Shown here in pieces: positions 28,566-37,590 of a stretch of 45,933 nucleotides of DNA (positions are counted from its first letter, which is position 1; each line of letters starts with the position of its first letter). The position numbers and the translations under genes are program-made. The stretch is from a bacterium (GTDB lineage: Bacteria; Cyanobacteriota; Vampirovibrionia; Gastranaerophilales; Gastranaerophilaceae), in NCBI GenBank assembly GCA_017633675.1, contig JAGBOW010000033.1, forward strand, positions 1 to 45,933, in the 5' to 3' direction. The notes under the pieces are model-generated. The model did no database searches, had not been told where the DNA came from, and saw only the letters and a program-made list of their open reading frames with translations.

Positions 28566-29855
28566 ATGCAAACCAAACAAAGATTAGGGAAACAAGAAAT
28601 TTTAAAGTTATTTGAAAATGGCTGTAAGACCGAACAAACAATCGGTTTGGAGTATGAAAGACTTCCGATTTCTCCTAAAAACTTAAAAGCAACGGATTAT
28701 GAAAACGTTTGTGAATTTTTGAGAAAATTTGCAAAAGAAGAAAATTGGGATTATATAACAGATGATTACAACATTATCGGATTAAAACAGGAACATGACA
28801 CTATTACACTTGAGCCGGGAAGTCAGATTGAATTAAGTATAAAACCGGAAAATACAATATTTGAACTAAAAGAAAAAACAGATAAACTCGACAAATTTAT
28901 GAAACCGCTTTTGGACAAGTTTGGCATAAGTTTGTTGAATTACGGAGTTTCTCCGCTATCAACAAATAAGAATATAAATCTTATTCCCAAAAAACGTTAC
29001 ATGATCATGGCAAAATATTTGTGGGGAATTTTGTCTGACGTTATGATGAGAGAAACTGCAGGAATTCAATGCTGTATTGATTTTCAGTCTGAAGAAGATG
29101 CTGTTAAAAAATTTAAAATTGCAAACAAACTTTCTCCTTTTATGACTGCTATGTTTGCAAATTCACCTGTCAGAGGCGGAGTTGATACGGGATATAAGAG
29201 TTTCAGAGCATTGAGCTGGTTAAACACCGACAATGACAGATGCGGTTTTACGGGACTTATTGATAATATAAATTCGTTTGAAGATTATGCCGATTTTGTA
29301 CTCGAAACTCCAATGATATTTTATATTCGTGATAATGACACAATTCCTTTAAACGGTAAAATCAATTTTAACCGATTTATGAACGATTATGATGCCGAAA
29401 TTGAAGATTTTGAACTGCATGCTAACCTGTATTTTCCTGAAGTAAGATTGAGAAATTTTATTGAAATAAGAAATCATGATTGTGTCGGAAAAGGTTTGCA
29501 ATATTCAATTCCTGCAATATATAAGGGAATTTTATATGACAATTCCGCTATGGAAGAAACCGAAGAATTGTTCAAAATTTTTGATTATAATGATTTTTCG
29601 GAATTAAGATACAATGTACCCAAAACAGCACTGAATACCCGAATAGGAAGATATTTCGTTAAAGATATTTCAAAAGAAATTTTGTATATAGCCGAAAAAT
29701 CTTTAATATCAATGAATACAGGCGAAGAAAAATTTCTGGATCCCATAAAAGAATACACTTTACAAGGAATTTGCCCTGCAGATGTGATTTTACGGAATTG
29801 GAACAGATGTTGGAACAAAGATGTCCGTAAATTGATTGAATATATAAAGGAATAA
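28566..29855 (+). CDS. gshA: Glutamate--cysteine ligase (GCS2/plant-alphaproteobacterial type)
   Basis: IGLEYE, ITLEPGSQIELS, AMFANSP, WLNTDNDRCG and FPEVRLRNFIEIR; start placed after the aaggag RBS. Confidence 0.85.
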   Translation: MQTKQRLGKQEILKLFENGCKTEQTIGLEYERLPISPKNLKATDYENVCEFLRKFAKEENWDYITDDYNIIGLKQEHDTITLEPGSQIELSIKPENTIFELKEKTDKLDKFMKPLLDKFGISLLNYGVSPLSTNKNINLIPKKRYMIMAKYLWGILSDVMMRETAGIQCCIDFQSEEDAVKKFKIANKLSPFMTAMFANSPVRGGVDTGYKSFRALSWLNTDNDRCGFTGLIDNINSFEDYADFVLETPMIFYIRDNDTIPLNGKINFNRFMNDYDAEIEDFELHANLYFPEVRLRNFIEIRNHDCVGKGLQYSIPAIYKGILYDNSAMEETEELFKIFDYNDFSELRYNVPKTALNTRIGRYFVKDISKEILYIAEKSLISMNTGEEKFLDPIKEYTLQGICPADVILRNWNRCWNKDVRKLIEYIKE

Positions 29856-30052
29856 ATCAATACCAATATCTGTAAAATTTTACAAAAACCTAATGTTTCT
29901 GCGTACGTAGCACAAAAAGAAAGTCTCGTCGATTGACAAGACTTATAAATATACATTTACCCCACACATATAGTACCAAACAAATAAAGTTTTGTCAATA
30001 TGTAAAAAATGTATTTAAAAAAAATTCATATTTTTCATGTTAAAATTTTCTT

Positions 30053-30634
30053 ATGACGAAATATATGCAGGCAAAATTTTTAATAAGTGCAGAAAAATTA
30101 TCTCAATGTCCCGAATACACATTACCTGAATTTCCGCTTTTGGGACGTTCTAATGTAGGAAAATCCTCATTTATAAACGGGCTTTCCAATAACAAAAAAC
30201 TTGCAAAAACATCTAACACTCCCGGAAAAACCAGATTGATAAACTTTTTTCAATTTGGAAATGATTTTATGCTTGCGGATTTACCGGGATACGGTTATGC
30301 AAAAGTATCTAAAGAAGCTCAAAACAAATGGCAGAAATATTTGGAAGAATACTTATTAAAACGGGAACAAATAAAATCTTTAATTCAATTTATTGACGGC
30401 AGACACGACATTCAGAAAAACGATTTTCAGATGAGAGAATGGGTTGAAATATACAATTTACCGATAATCACTATTGTTACAAAAATGGATTATGTACCGA
30501 AATCAAAGACTTTGAATATTTTAAAAAATATTGAAAAACAGTTCGGAGGAGTGGTTTTGCCTTTCAGCGCAGTGGATAACAGATATAATGAAGGAATTTT
30601 TGAATATTTTCAAAAACTGATTTCCGAAAATTAA
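30053..30634 (+). CDS. engB: Ribosome biogenesis GTPase YihA/YsxC
   Basis: GRSNVGKSS, TPGKT, DLPGYGYA and TKMD. Confidence 0.95.
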   Translation: MTKYMQAKFLISAEKLSQCPEYTLPEFPLLGRSNVGKSSFINGLSNNKKLAKTSNTPGKTRLINFFQFGNDFMLADLPGYGYAKVSKEAQNKWQKYLEEYLLKREQIKSLIQFIDGRHDIQKNDFQMREWVEIYNLPIITIVTKMDYVPKSKTLNILKNIEKQFGGVVLPFSAVDNRYNEGIFEYFQKLISEN

Positions 30635-30701
30635 TAAATTTAGACTATTGTCTAAATGTATTTTATATATTTAAAGTATATAATTTTTTCGGAGGTTACA
30701 G

Positions 30702-30887
30702 ATGAATTTGGATGATAATAAGTTATCTGAAGTTGTTCAGTCACTGGATAAAATGGAAACCATTACCAAAGTTTTAAATCAAACAATGTTAGAAGATGAT
30801 GAGTTTAATACGGTTGACAGCAGAAATTTGTGTTCGGTAATGTTGAGAGAAATAAATTATACAAAATCAAAATTAACTTGTAGATAA
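30702..30887 (+). CDS. Small hypothetical protein
   Basis: ggagg RBS; preceded by the palindrome atttagac-tatt-gtctaaat (30638-30657). Confidence 0.6.
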   Translation: MNLDDNKLSEVVQSLDKMETITKVLNQTMLEDDEFNTVDSRNLCSVMLREINYTKSKLTCR

Positions 30888-30929
30888 AATTTTTTCATGT
30901 TAGCATTCTGCGTATAGAAAGAGGTAAAC

Positions 30930-31589
30930 ATGCAGGCACGCAGAGCAGCCAGAGAATTGGCATTTATTCTTTTTTCACAATTTGATAAAAAGATAACAAA
31001 TTATTCAAAAGAAAATTTACAGGATATTATATTAAAATCGGTAAGAATTTTGACAAGCAGCGCAAATGATGAACTTAAAATTGCTTTGGGTTCATTGATT
31101 GATATGCGCGATAAAATTGAAACCTATGAAGCGGAATCGGAAACAAATTTAAATCGTCCTATAGGTGCTGCAAATATCCCCGTACCGCTACCAATGACAT
31201 CTGATATGGTCGGCAGAATTAATGAAATGATTGATATTGCCGAAAAATCTCTTATGGCATTGGAAATTGCAGAGTTTACAACTCTTGATTCTCAAAATGA
31301 CGTAAAAAATTATGCAATAGAAATTGCTGAATTTTTCCACAAAAACAATAAAGAAATTGATGATATAATTCAGAAATACGCAAAAAATTGGGATTTGGGA
31401 CGTTTGGTTAAAATGGATAAAGACATTTTGCGTATAGCGATTGTTGAACTTTTGTATATAAAAGATGCTCCTATGAAAGTTGTTATTGATGAAGCTCTTG
31501 AACTTGCAAAGAAATATTCGACAGACGACAGCGCATCATTTATTAACGGAATTTTGGCAAAAATTATTGTGGATTACGGGTTAAGTTAA
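30930..31589 (+). CDS. nusB: Transcription antitermination factor NusB (cyanobacterial-type long form)
   Basis: RRAARELA, WDLGRL..DKDILR and IDEALELAKKYS...FINGIL. Confidence 0.92.
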   Translation: MQARRAARELAFILFSQFDKKITNYSKENLQDIILKSVRILTSSANDELKIALGSLIDMRDKIETYEAESETNLNRPIGAANIPVPLPMTSDMVGRINEMIDIAEKSLMALEIAEFTTLDSQNDVKNYAIEIAEFFHKNNKEIDDIIQKYAKNWDLGRLVKMDKDILRIAIVELLYIKDAPMKVVIDEALELAKKYSTDDSASFINGILAKIIVDYGLS

Positions 31590-31798
31590 GATTTTTCTTT
31601 TATAACCAGTTCATAACCCAAATAGTCAAGAATTTGCTGAACAGTTTCGAAACGTACTCGTTTGTTTTTTAATTGAACGGATAAACCGCTTGAACAAGGA
31701 ATTTTAATTCCTTTGTTCTTCAGTATATCTATGACTTTTCTCATAGATAGTCTCCGTTTTAATAAACAAATCTCAAGTTCTTCTTTTATGTCTAGCAT
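31586..31798 (-). CDS. Cro/C1-like small DNA-binding protein
   Basis: LSMRKVIDIL...SGLSVQLKNKRVRFETVQQILDYLGYEL. Confidence 0.7.
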   Translation of the reverse strand: MLDIKEELEICLLKRRLSMRKVIDILKNKGIKIPCSSGLSVQLKNKRVRFETVQQILDYLGYELVIKEKS

Positions 31799-31896
31799 AA
31801 TGACAGTATAAATTTTGTTTCAAAATATTGACAATTATATAAATAGTTGCTATATAATAAATAATACTGTTATAAAATAATTAGCATAGGTTAAAA

Positions 31897-32082
31897 ATGA
31901 TTAATATTGATGATTTTGACGAAAATGATGATGTAATTTTACCTGACACTTATTGGAGTGAGTTGGTTTATATTTTTTATATTTTAAGAGATATAATAGA
32001 AAATCCTGATGACAGAAAGTTGAAATTTCAAAAATTGTTAAGTCAAATAAAAATTCATAAACATTGGATGCAAGTTAAATAA
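31897..32082 (+). CDS. Small hypothetical protein divergent from the regulator
   Basis: 61-aa ORF; upstream TTGACA...TATATA/TATAAT. Confidence 0.5.
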   Translation: MINIDDFDENDDVILPDTYWSELVYIFYILRDIIENPDDRKLKFQKLLSQIKIHKHWMQVK

Positions 32083-32102
32083 TTTTATGTTAAAATCCAA
32101 CT

Positions 32103-33014
32103 ATGTTCGGATTTTTTAAAGAAAAATTTAATAACCTTAAAGAAACGGTTTCAAATACTGCGCAGGCACTTGTGGGTAACGTTATAAATACCGTCAGCCA
32201 TGAAGAAGAATTTTCGGAATTTGTTCTTGACGACATGGAAGATACACTTATCAGTGCGGATTTGGGTGTTGGATATGCATCTGAACTTGTGGATAAATTA
32301 AGAAATCAAAACAAAATTAAACCGTCTGATGTTAAAAATTACCTGAAAACAGAGTTTCTGAATGTATTAAAAGATGCCGGAAGCAACATTTTAAATTATC
32401 AAGACGGTTTAAATATATACTTTATCTGCGGAGTTAACGGTGTCGGAAAAACCACATTAATCGGGAAACTTGCTTATAAATTCAAAAATGAAGGTAAAAG
32501 AGTTTTAATTGCAGCAGCGGATACTTTTCGTGCCGCAGCGGAAGAACAGCTTGATATATGGTCAAAAAGAGCAGGGGCAGATATTGTAAGACACGACAAA
32601 GCAGATCCGGCATCTGTCGTTTATGAAGCTATAGACAAGGCAAATTCACAAAATTATGATGTAATTCTGGTTGATACCGCAGGCAGATTGCAGAATAAAT
32701 TTAACCTTATGGAAGAACTTTCAAAAATCAAATCGGTTATTGACAAAAAAGCACCCGAAAGTTTAAGAGAATGTATGCTTGTATTAGATGCAAATACTGG
32801 ACAAAACGGTTTACAGCAGGCAAAAGTGTTTACGGAGGCTGTTAATTTAACATCAGTAGCACTGACAAAGCTTGACGGCTCCGCAAAAGGTGCAATTGTT
32901 CTTGCTGTTGCAAAAGAAATGAAGTTGCCCGTAAAACTTGTCGGTGTCGGTGAAAAAATGGAAGATTTGAAAACGTTTAATTCCGAAGAATTTTTAGAAG
33001 CGATATTTAATTAG
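32103..33014 (+). CDS. ftsY: Signal recognition particle receptor FtsY
   Basis: GVNGVGKTT, DTFRAAA, DTAGR and TKLDGSAKG. Confidence 0.96.
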   Translation: MFGFFKEKFNNLKETVSNTAQALVGNVINTVSHEEEFSEFVLDDMEDTLISADLGVGYASELVDKLRNQNKIKPSDVKNYLKTEFLNVLKDAGSNILNYQDGLNIYFICGVNGVGKTTLIGKLAYKFKNEGKRVLIAAADTFRAAAEEQLDIWSKRAGADIVRHDKADPASVVYEAIDKANSQNYDVILVDTAGRLQNKFNLMEELSKIKSVIDKKAPESLRECMLVLDANTGQNGLQQAKVFTEAVNLTSVALTKLDGSAKGAIVLAVAKEMKLPVKLVGVGEKMEDLKTFNSEEFLEAIFN

Positions 33015-33027
33015 GTGAGAAGTAAAA

Positions 33028-34107
33028 GTGAGTAGTGAAAAGTTCGTTACGTTAAAAAAAACAACGACCAAATCAGGTAATGAAATACAACTAATTGATT
33101 TATCTGATAAAGACCACTCACCACTCACCACTCACTACTCACTTGTAATCGGTGTTTTTCATGGTGATGAACCTCAGGGAAAATTTTTGATTGAGGAATA
33201 TTTGAGAAATATTTCCTCCCCCTCGAAATCAAAGATTTCGGTCCCCCTACCAGAGGGGGACATAACTAAATTGGCGAGAAATTTGCGTAATAATATGACG
33301 AAACAGGAGGTTATTCTTTGGCAGTATCTGAAGGAAAGACAAATCTTAGGGGTTAAATTCAGACGACAAGCTGTTATTGGCAGATATATTTGCGATTTTG
33401 TATCTTTTGAAAAGAAGATAGTAATAGAAATAGATGGCGGACAGCATAATTTTGGTGAGCAAGAACAAAAAGATAAATATAGAGATAATTTTTTAAAATC
33501 ACAAGGATTCAAAATACTAAGATTTTGGAATACTGATATAGATAAAAATATATCAGGGGTTATTGAAACAATAAAAAATACAATTAACTCATGTCCTCCC
33601 CTTGTGGGAGGACCGAAATCTTTGATTTCGAGGAGGGGGATATTATTCATTCCCTGTCTAAACCCTGACGGAATGGCACTTGGTAGAAGAACAAATGCAA
33701 ACGGAGTTGATTTAAACAGAAATTTTCCGACAAAAAACTGGGGAGAAGATACATCATCTGCAGGCGATAATCCGTCTGACTATTTCGGAGGGAAATCTGC
33801 AGGAAGTGAAATTGAAACTCAATTTGTCATGGAAATTATTGAAGAATACAAACCTGAAAAAATCTTAACACTCCATGCACCATACAAAGTTGTAAATTAT
33901 GACGGGCCTGCACATGAATGGGCGGAACGTATTTCTGAAATAATCAATTATCCGGTTGAAGAAAGCATAGGCTATCCGACTCCCGGAAGTTTTGGAACTT
34001 ATGCGGGTGTTGAGCGCAATATCCCTGTAATTACTCTTGAATTAGACGAAAAAATACCGGTCGAACAACTTGAACAACCGGTATTTAAAATATTTGATGA
34101 ATTGTAA
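33028..34107 (+). CDS. M14 zinc carboxypeptidase (MpaA-like) with an in-frame DUF559 insertion
   Basis: GVFHGDE, LNPDG, NANGVDLNRNFP, LHAP, YPTPGSFG and ITLEL, interrupted by a DUF559-type domain. Confidence 0.88.
   Translation: MSSEKFVTLKKTTTKSGNEIQLIDLSDKDHSPLTTHYSLVIGVFHGDEPQGKFLIEEYLRNISSPSKSKISVPLPEGDITKLARNLRNNMTKQEVILWQYLKERQILGVKFRRQAVIGRYICDFVSFEKKIVIEIDGGQHNFGEQEQKDKYRDNFLKSQGFKILRFWNTDIDKNISGVIETIKNTINSCPPLVGGPKSLISRRGILFIPCLNPDGMALGRRTNANGVDLNRNFPTKNWGEDTSSAGDNPSDYFGGKSAGSEIETQFVMEIIEEYKPEKILTLHAPYKVVNYDGPAHEWAERISEIINYPVEESIGYPTPGSFGTYAGVERNIPVITLELDEKIPVEQLEQPVFKIFDEL
33114..33141 (+). repeat. (CCACTCA)n heptamer repeat in a CDS, paired with an AGTGAGT-type arm at 33014-33040
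   Basis: ccactcaccactcaccactcactactcac, encoding HSPLTTHYS. Confidence 0.8.
33209..33644 (+). mobile_element. DUF559 endonuclease cassette bounded by ~55-bp inverted repeats
   Basis: cctcgaaatcaaagatttcggtcc (33221-33244) is the exact reverse complement of 33610-33633. The interior encodes ARNLRNNMTxxE, FRRQ, YICDF, IEIDGGQH, RD and GFKILRFWN. Confidence 0.8.
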
Positions 34108-34110
34108 TTA

Positions 34111-35061
34111 TTATTTTGCCGGTATGAAAATTAAGACTTCAAAAGTTCCTTTTTCCCCTTCACCGTTTATTCCTTTGTGAAGAATTTTTAAACCGCCGTT
34201 TTGAAGAGAATCTTTGCTGTTTTTAATTTCTTCGGCTTTTACAAATTGTCCTACCGAACCAATCCACAATGATAATTTGTTGCCTGATGCTTTTTTTGCA
34301 AGGTCAATATCTTCAGAATCCAATACATATGTATATTGTCCGTCTTTTGTATAACCGTCCTCATTTGCATGAGAAATACCCAAAACATTATATGCATCTT
34401 CTTCATACATATCCCAAACAGGAATTTCTCCGCTAAATGCTTGTGCAGTGTATGTTTTTTTAGATTGCTCTAATTTAATTGTCAACCCTTCTTCAATTTT
34501 AACTTTTCTTTGTTCAACTTTACTGTTTTCATTATCCAGCCACTGAACAATTATCGGAATTAAAGTAACATTTTTGGTATTATAGAAAACCAGAATTTCG
34601 TATTGCTCTGTTTCTCCGTTTTTATTGATTCCGTTATGAATAATTTTTAATATATCATTTTGGTTTACGTTATCACTTGTTATTGAACCTGCTTCTACAA
34701 AATGACCTTCATCATCAATCCAATTTATAAAATCATTTTTTTCTGCTGATTTTGCAACTTCTATATCTCTGTGATCAAGTACGAAAATTTCTTTTCCCGC
34801 TTTGTTTTTAAAGCCATTCGGAACCATATATCCTGTTTTGTCGGCTTTGGATAATCCTAAAATGCTGTATGCATCTTCCTTTGCCAATGTATAAACGGGA
34901 GTATTACGGTTGCCTTCATAAGGTTTCGGCTCTATTTCAAGATTTCCCGACTGTTCAAATTTAACTCTTATGCCTTCTTCAATATTAAGTATGCGTTCTT
35001 GAGTTTTACCGTCTTCTTCCCATCTGACTATAGCGGGTATATAATTTATCGGTTTTACCAT
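34111..35061 (-). CDS. Hypothetical protein made of two homologous ~150-aa halves
   Basis: IPAIVRW...IEEG...EDAYSILGLS...VLD..DI recurs as IPIIVQW...IEEG...EDAYNVLGIS...VLD..DI. Confidence 0.8.
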   Translation of the reverse strand: MVKPINYIPAIVRWEEDGKTQERILNIEEGIRVKFEQSGNLEIEPKPYEGNRNTPVYTLAKEDAYSILGLSKADKTGYMVPNGFKNKAGKEIFVLDHRDIEVAKSAEKNDFINWIDDEGHFVEAGSITSDNVNQNDILKIIHNGINKNGETEQYEILVFYNTKNVTLIPIIVQWLDNENSKVEQRKVKIEEGLTIKLEQSKKTYTAQAFSGEIPVWDMYEEDAYNVLGISHANEDGYTKDGQYTYVLDSEDIDLAKKASGNKLSLWIGSVGQFVKAEEIKNSKDSLQNGGLKILHKGINGEGEKGTFEVLIFIPAK

Positions 35062-35154
35062 GAAGTTCTCCTTTCTGTTTTTTTATACATTTATTGTAAT
35101 ATTTTTTTGTTTAAAATTGCAAATGATTTTATTTTCTTTACATTTACTAATAAG

Positions 35155-35185
35155 AAAAACCGATTGAATAATTCAATCGGTTTTT
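35155..35185. terminator. Terminator hairpin
   Basis: aaaaaccgattgaa-taa-ttcaatcggttttt. Confidence 0.8.
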
Positions 35186-35206
35186 GAAAATTATACTTTA
35201 TTAAAT

Positions 35207-35875
35207 TTATCTAAGATATGAACTGCCAATAGTAACAGTTTCGTCTTTATATAAGGACATTCCGTCATATTGTTCTTGCGGGCCATGTCCACCCATAAAT
35301 AATTTTACTTGTTTACTTACGAATCCATCGCTATATTTCAAGTATGAGTCTCTACCTGAATCTCGTGCATATGCAACAGTCATTTTGGCTTGAGGATCCG
35401 TAACATATCCTTCACCATAACGCATTGGTGTATCATCATCATAAAAATCTTCTGTATGAATTTTTCCGTCAACATTTAACCTTGCTTCAGTTATGTATAC
35501 GCTTCCGTCATTAACACCGTCAGAGTGTCTTGATGATAAATATTTTTTCATTGAACCGGGTGCTATTCCATAAGCTTCTTTGAAATCAGCAGTGCTGACT
35601 GTTCCTTTAAAAGTAAAATTTACAGAACCATCTTCCAATACTTCATAAGTTGTGTTATTGTACACATTCTTCATTCTTTCGTATTTTTGCGGGTCAGATG
35701 CTTTGTATTGTCCTATATCTGTGGCTGTTGCAAGATGTTCTTGGGTGGAATGGTATGCTCTGCTGTGTCCTGTAAGATTTATATTGCCTGTACCCTTATT
35801 TCCACTATCATTTTGCGGTGAACTTAATTCATAATTTGCATCAGGTGCAGATGCTCCTTGTATCGGTTGTACCAT
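35207..35875 (-). CDS. Hypothetical protein
   Basis: aaggag RBS; N-terminus MVQPIQG. Confidence 0.75.
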   Translation of the reverse strand: MVQPIQGASAPDANYELSSPQNDSGNKGTGNINLTGHSRAYHSTQEHLATATDIGQYKASDPQKYERMKNVYNNTTYEVLEDGSVNFTFKGTVSTADFKEAYGIAPGSMKKYLSSRHSDGVNDGSVYITEARLNVDGKIHTEDFYDDDTPMRYGEGYVTDPQAKMTVAYARDSGRDSYLKYSDGFVSKQVKLFMGGHGPQEQYDGMSLYKDETVTIGSSYLR

Positions 35876-36019
35876 AATAATATCTCCTTATTTTTTATTG
35901 CACGTATATATCTATTAAATAATTTTTATATACAAAATTGCGCATGTTTTTATTAATTTTTACATTTGTTAACATGAAACTTTTTTTGTAATAATATATA
36001 TGCAAAAGAGGGATTTTTT

Positions 36020-37393
36020 ATGAAACTATACAATTCTTTTTCAGGTAAAGTTGATGAATTTACACCGATAGACGGCAATAAAGTCAAAATGTATGTTTGC
36101 GGGCCTACGGTTTATGATTATGCGCATTTGGGACACGCAAGATGTTATATTACTTGGGACGTTTTATACAGATATTTGAAATTCAGAGGCTATGAAGTTA
36201 CTTATTGCCGTAATGTGACTGATGTTGATGACAAAATCCTGAAAAAAGCCGAAAAAGAAGGTAAAACTCCCGAAGAAGTTTCACAATATTGGTACAAGCA
36301 GTTTTCAAACTCCATGAAATTATTAAATAACTTAAAACCTGATATAGAGCCGTTTGCAACAAAAACACTCGGTGAAATGATTTCTATAGTAAAGGATTTA
36401 ATCAAAAACGGTTATGCCTACGAATCAAATGGGGACGTGTATTTCAGGGTTAAAAAATTCGGAGGATACGGAAAACTTTCGGGACAGCCTATTGACCAGC
36501 TTGAAAGCGGTGCAAGAATTGAAGTGGGTGAACAAAAAGAAGACCCTCTTGATTTTGCACTTTGGAAAAAAGATGAAAAATTCGGTTACAATTCCCCATG
36601 GGGTGTCGGCAGACCGGGCTGGCACATTGAATGTTCCGCAATGAGCCGTAAATATTTGGGCAAAACAATTGATATTCACGCAGGCGGGGCGGATTTGATT
36701 TTCCCCCACCACGAAAACGAAATTGCGCAATCCGAATGTGCAAACGGTTGTAAATTCGTAAATTATTGGTTACATAACGGTTTTGTAACGATTAACAAAG
36801 AAAAAATGTCAAAATCTTTGGGTAATTTTTTGACAATTGACGATTTGCTCAAAAAATACGATTCAAATACGATAAGATTTTTCATTCTAACAAACCATTA
36901 CAGAATGCCGGTTGAATTTTCTGATGAAGCCCTAAATTCCGCTCAGGCAGGCGTAAAAAGAATGTTGAACGCGAAACGCACTGAAATTAATGAAAACCTT
37001 GATATTACCCGAACTGATGAATATAAGCAGTTTGTAGAAGCTATGGATGATGATTTGAATACATCAAAGGCTCTTGCGGTACTTTTTGAACTTACAAACA
37101 AGGCTAACAAAGATGATAAAGATGCATTTACGGTTCTTTATAAACTTGCGACAACGCTTGGATTTACGTTTGAAAAACCGACACTTTCTGGCGAAGAACT
37201 TCAAAATGCAGTAAATCATGTTTCAGAAAAACTCGGACAAAAATTCTCATCAATGGAAGAAATTATTTCTCTCAGAAAAGAGGCAAGAAAAGTTAAAAAT
37301 TGGGAAATTGCCGACAAAATCAGAATTGCTCTTGATGAAGTTGATATTGTTTTGAAGGATTTGAAAGACGTAACGGTTTGGGAAGTTAAATGA
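36020..37393 (+). CDS. cysS: Cysteine--tRNA ligase
   Basis: CGPTVYD, HLGH, GRPGWHIECSAM, FPHHENE and KMSKS. Confidence 0.97.
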   Translation: MKLYNSFSGKVDEFTPIDGNKVKMYVCGPTVYDYAHLGHARCYITWDVLYRYLKFRGYEVTYCRNVTDVDDKILKKAEKEGKTPEEVSQYWYKQFSNSMKLLNNLKPDIEPFATKTLGEMISIVKDLIKNGYAYESNGDVYFRVKKFGGYGKLSGQPIDQLESGARIEVGEQKEDPLDFALWKKDEKFGYNSPWGVGRPGWHIECSAMSRKYLGKTIDIHAGGADLIFPHHENEIAQSECANGCKFVNYWLHNGFVTINKEKMSKSLGNFLTIDDLLKKYDSNTIRFFILTNHYRMPVEFSDEALNSAQAGVKRMLNAKRTEINENLDITRTDEYKQFVEAMDDDLNTSKALAVLFELTNKANKDDKDAFTVLYKLATTLGFTFEKPTLSGEELQNAVNHVSEKLGQKFSSMEEIISLRKEARKVKNWEIADKIRIALDEVDIVLKDLKDVTVWEVK

Positions 37394-37397
37394 TTAT

Positions 37398-37502
37398 AAG
37401 TGAGTAGTGAATTGTGAGTTGTGAATAGTCGTTATCGGTGCTTCGCACAAAAATATATTAGTACGAAGTGCCGATAAGAACCATTCACTACTCACTACTC
37501 AC
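37398..37502. repeat. ~105-bp palindromic element with heptamer arms, copy 1
   Basis: agtgagtagtgaa... arm, inner stem ttatcggtgcttcg/cgaagtgccgataa, ...ttcactactcac arm. Confidence 0.85.
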
Positions 37503-37537
37503 CCCATTAACATTCCTTAATAAAATTCTAAAATTAT

Positions 37538-37565
37538 TGAAGTTTAAACAAAATTATGCCGATAC
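37538..37565 (+). promoter_or_regulatory. Sigma28 (FliA/SigD)-like promoter
   Basis: TGAAGTTT-N12-GCCGATAC versus consensus TAAAGTTT-N11-GCCGATAA; lies just before the gaaagga RBS. Confidence 0.5.
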
Positions 37566-37590
37566 CTTATACAGAAAGGAATGTACCTTT

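Noticed and set aside
29585-29956. 123-aa minus-strand ORF and similar short antisense ORFs in the track
   Set aside because: They overlap well-supported genes on the opposite strand and lack RBS or motifs.
33213-33641. Intein or self-splicing intron explanation for the DUF559 insert
   Set aside because: No C-terminal His-Asn followed by Cys/Ser/Thr, and no room for a splicing domain or a group I/II RNA core.
37468-37590. N-terminal extension of paralog 1 (and 39616-39669 of paralog 2)
   Set aside because: It is made of repeat and promoter sequence; the RBS precedes the MGMSASQ start.
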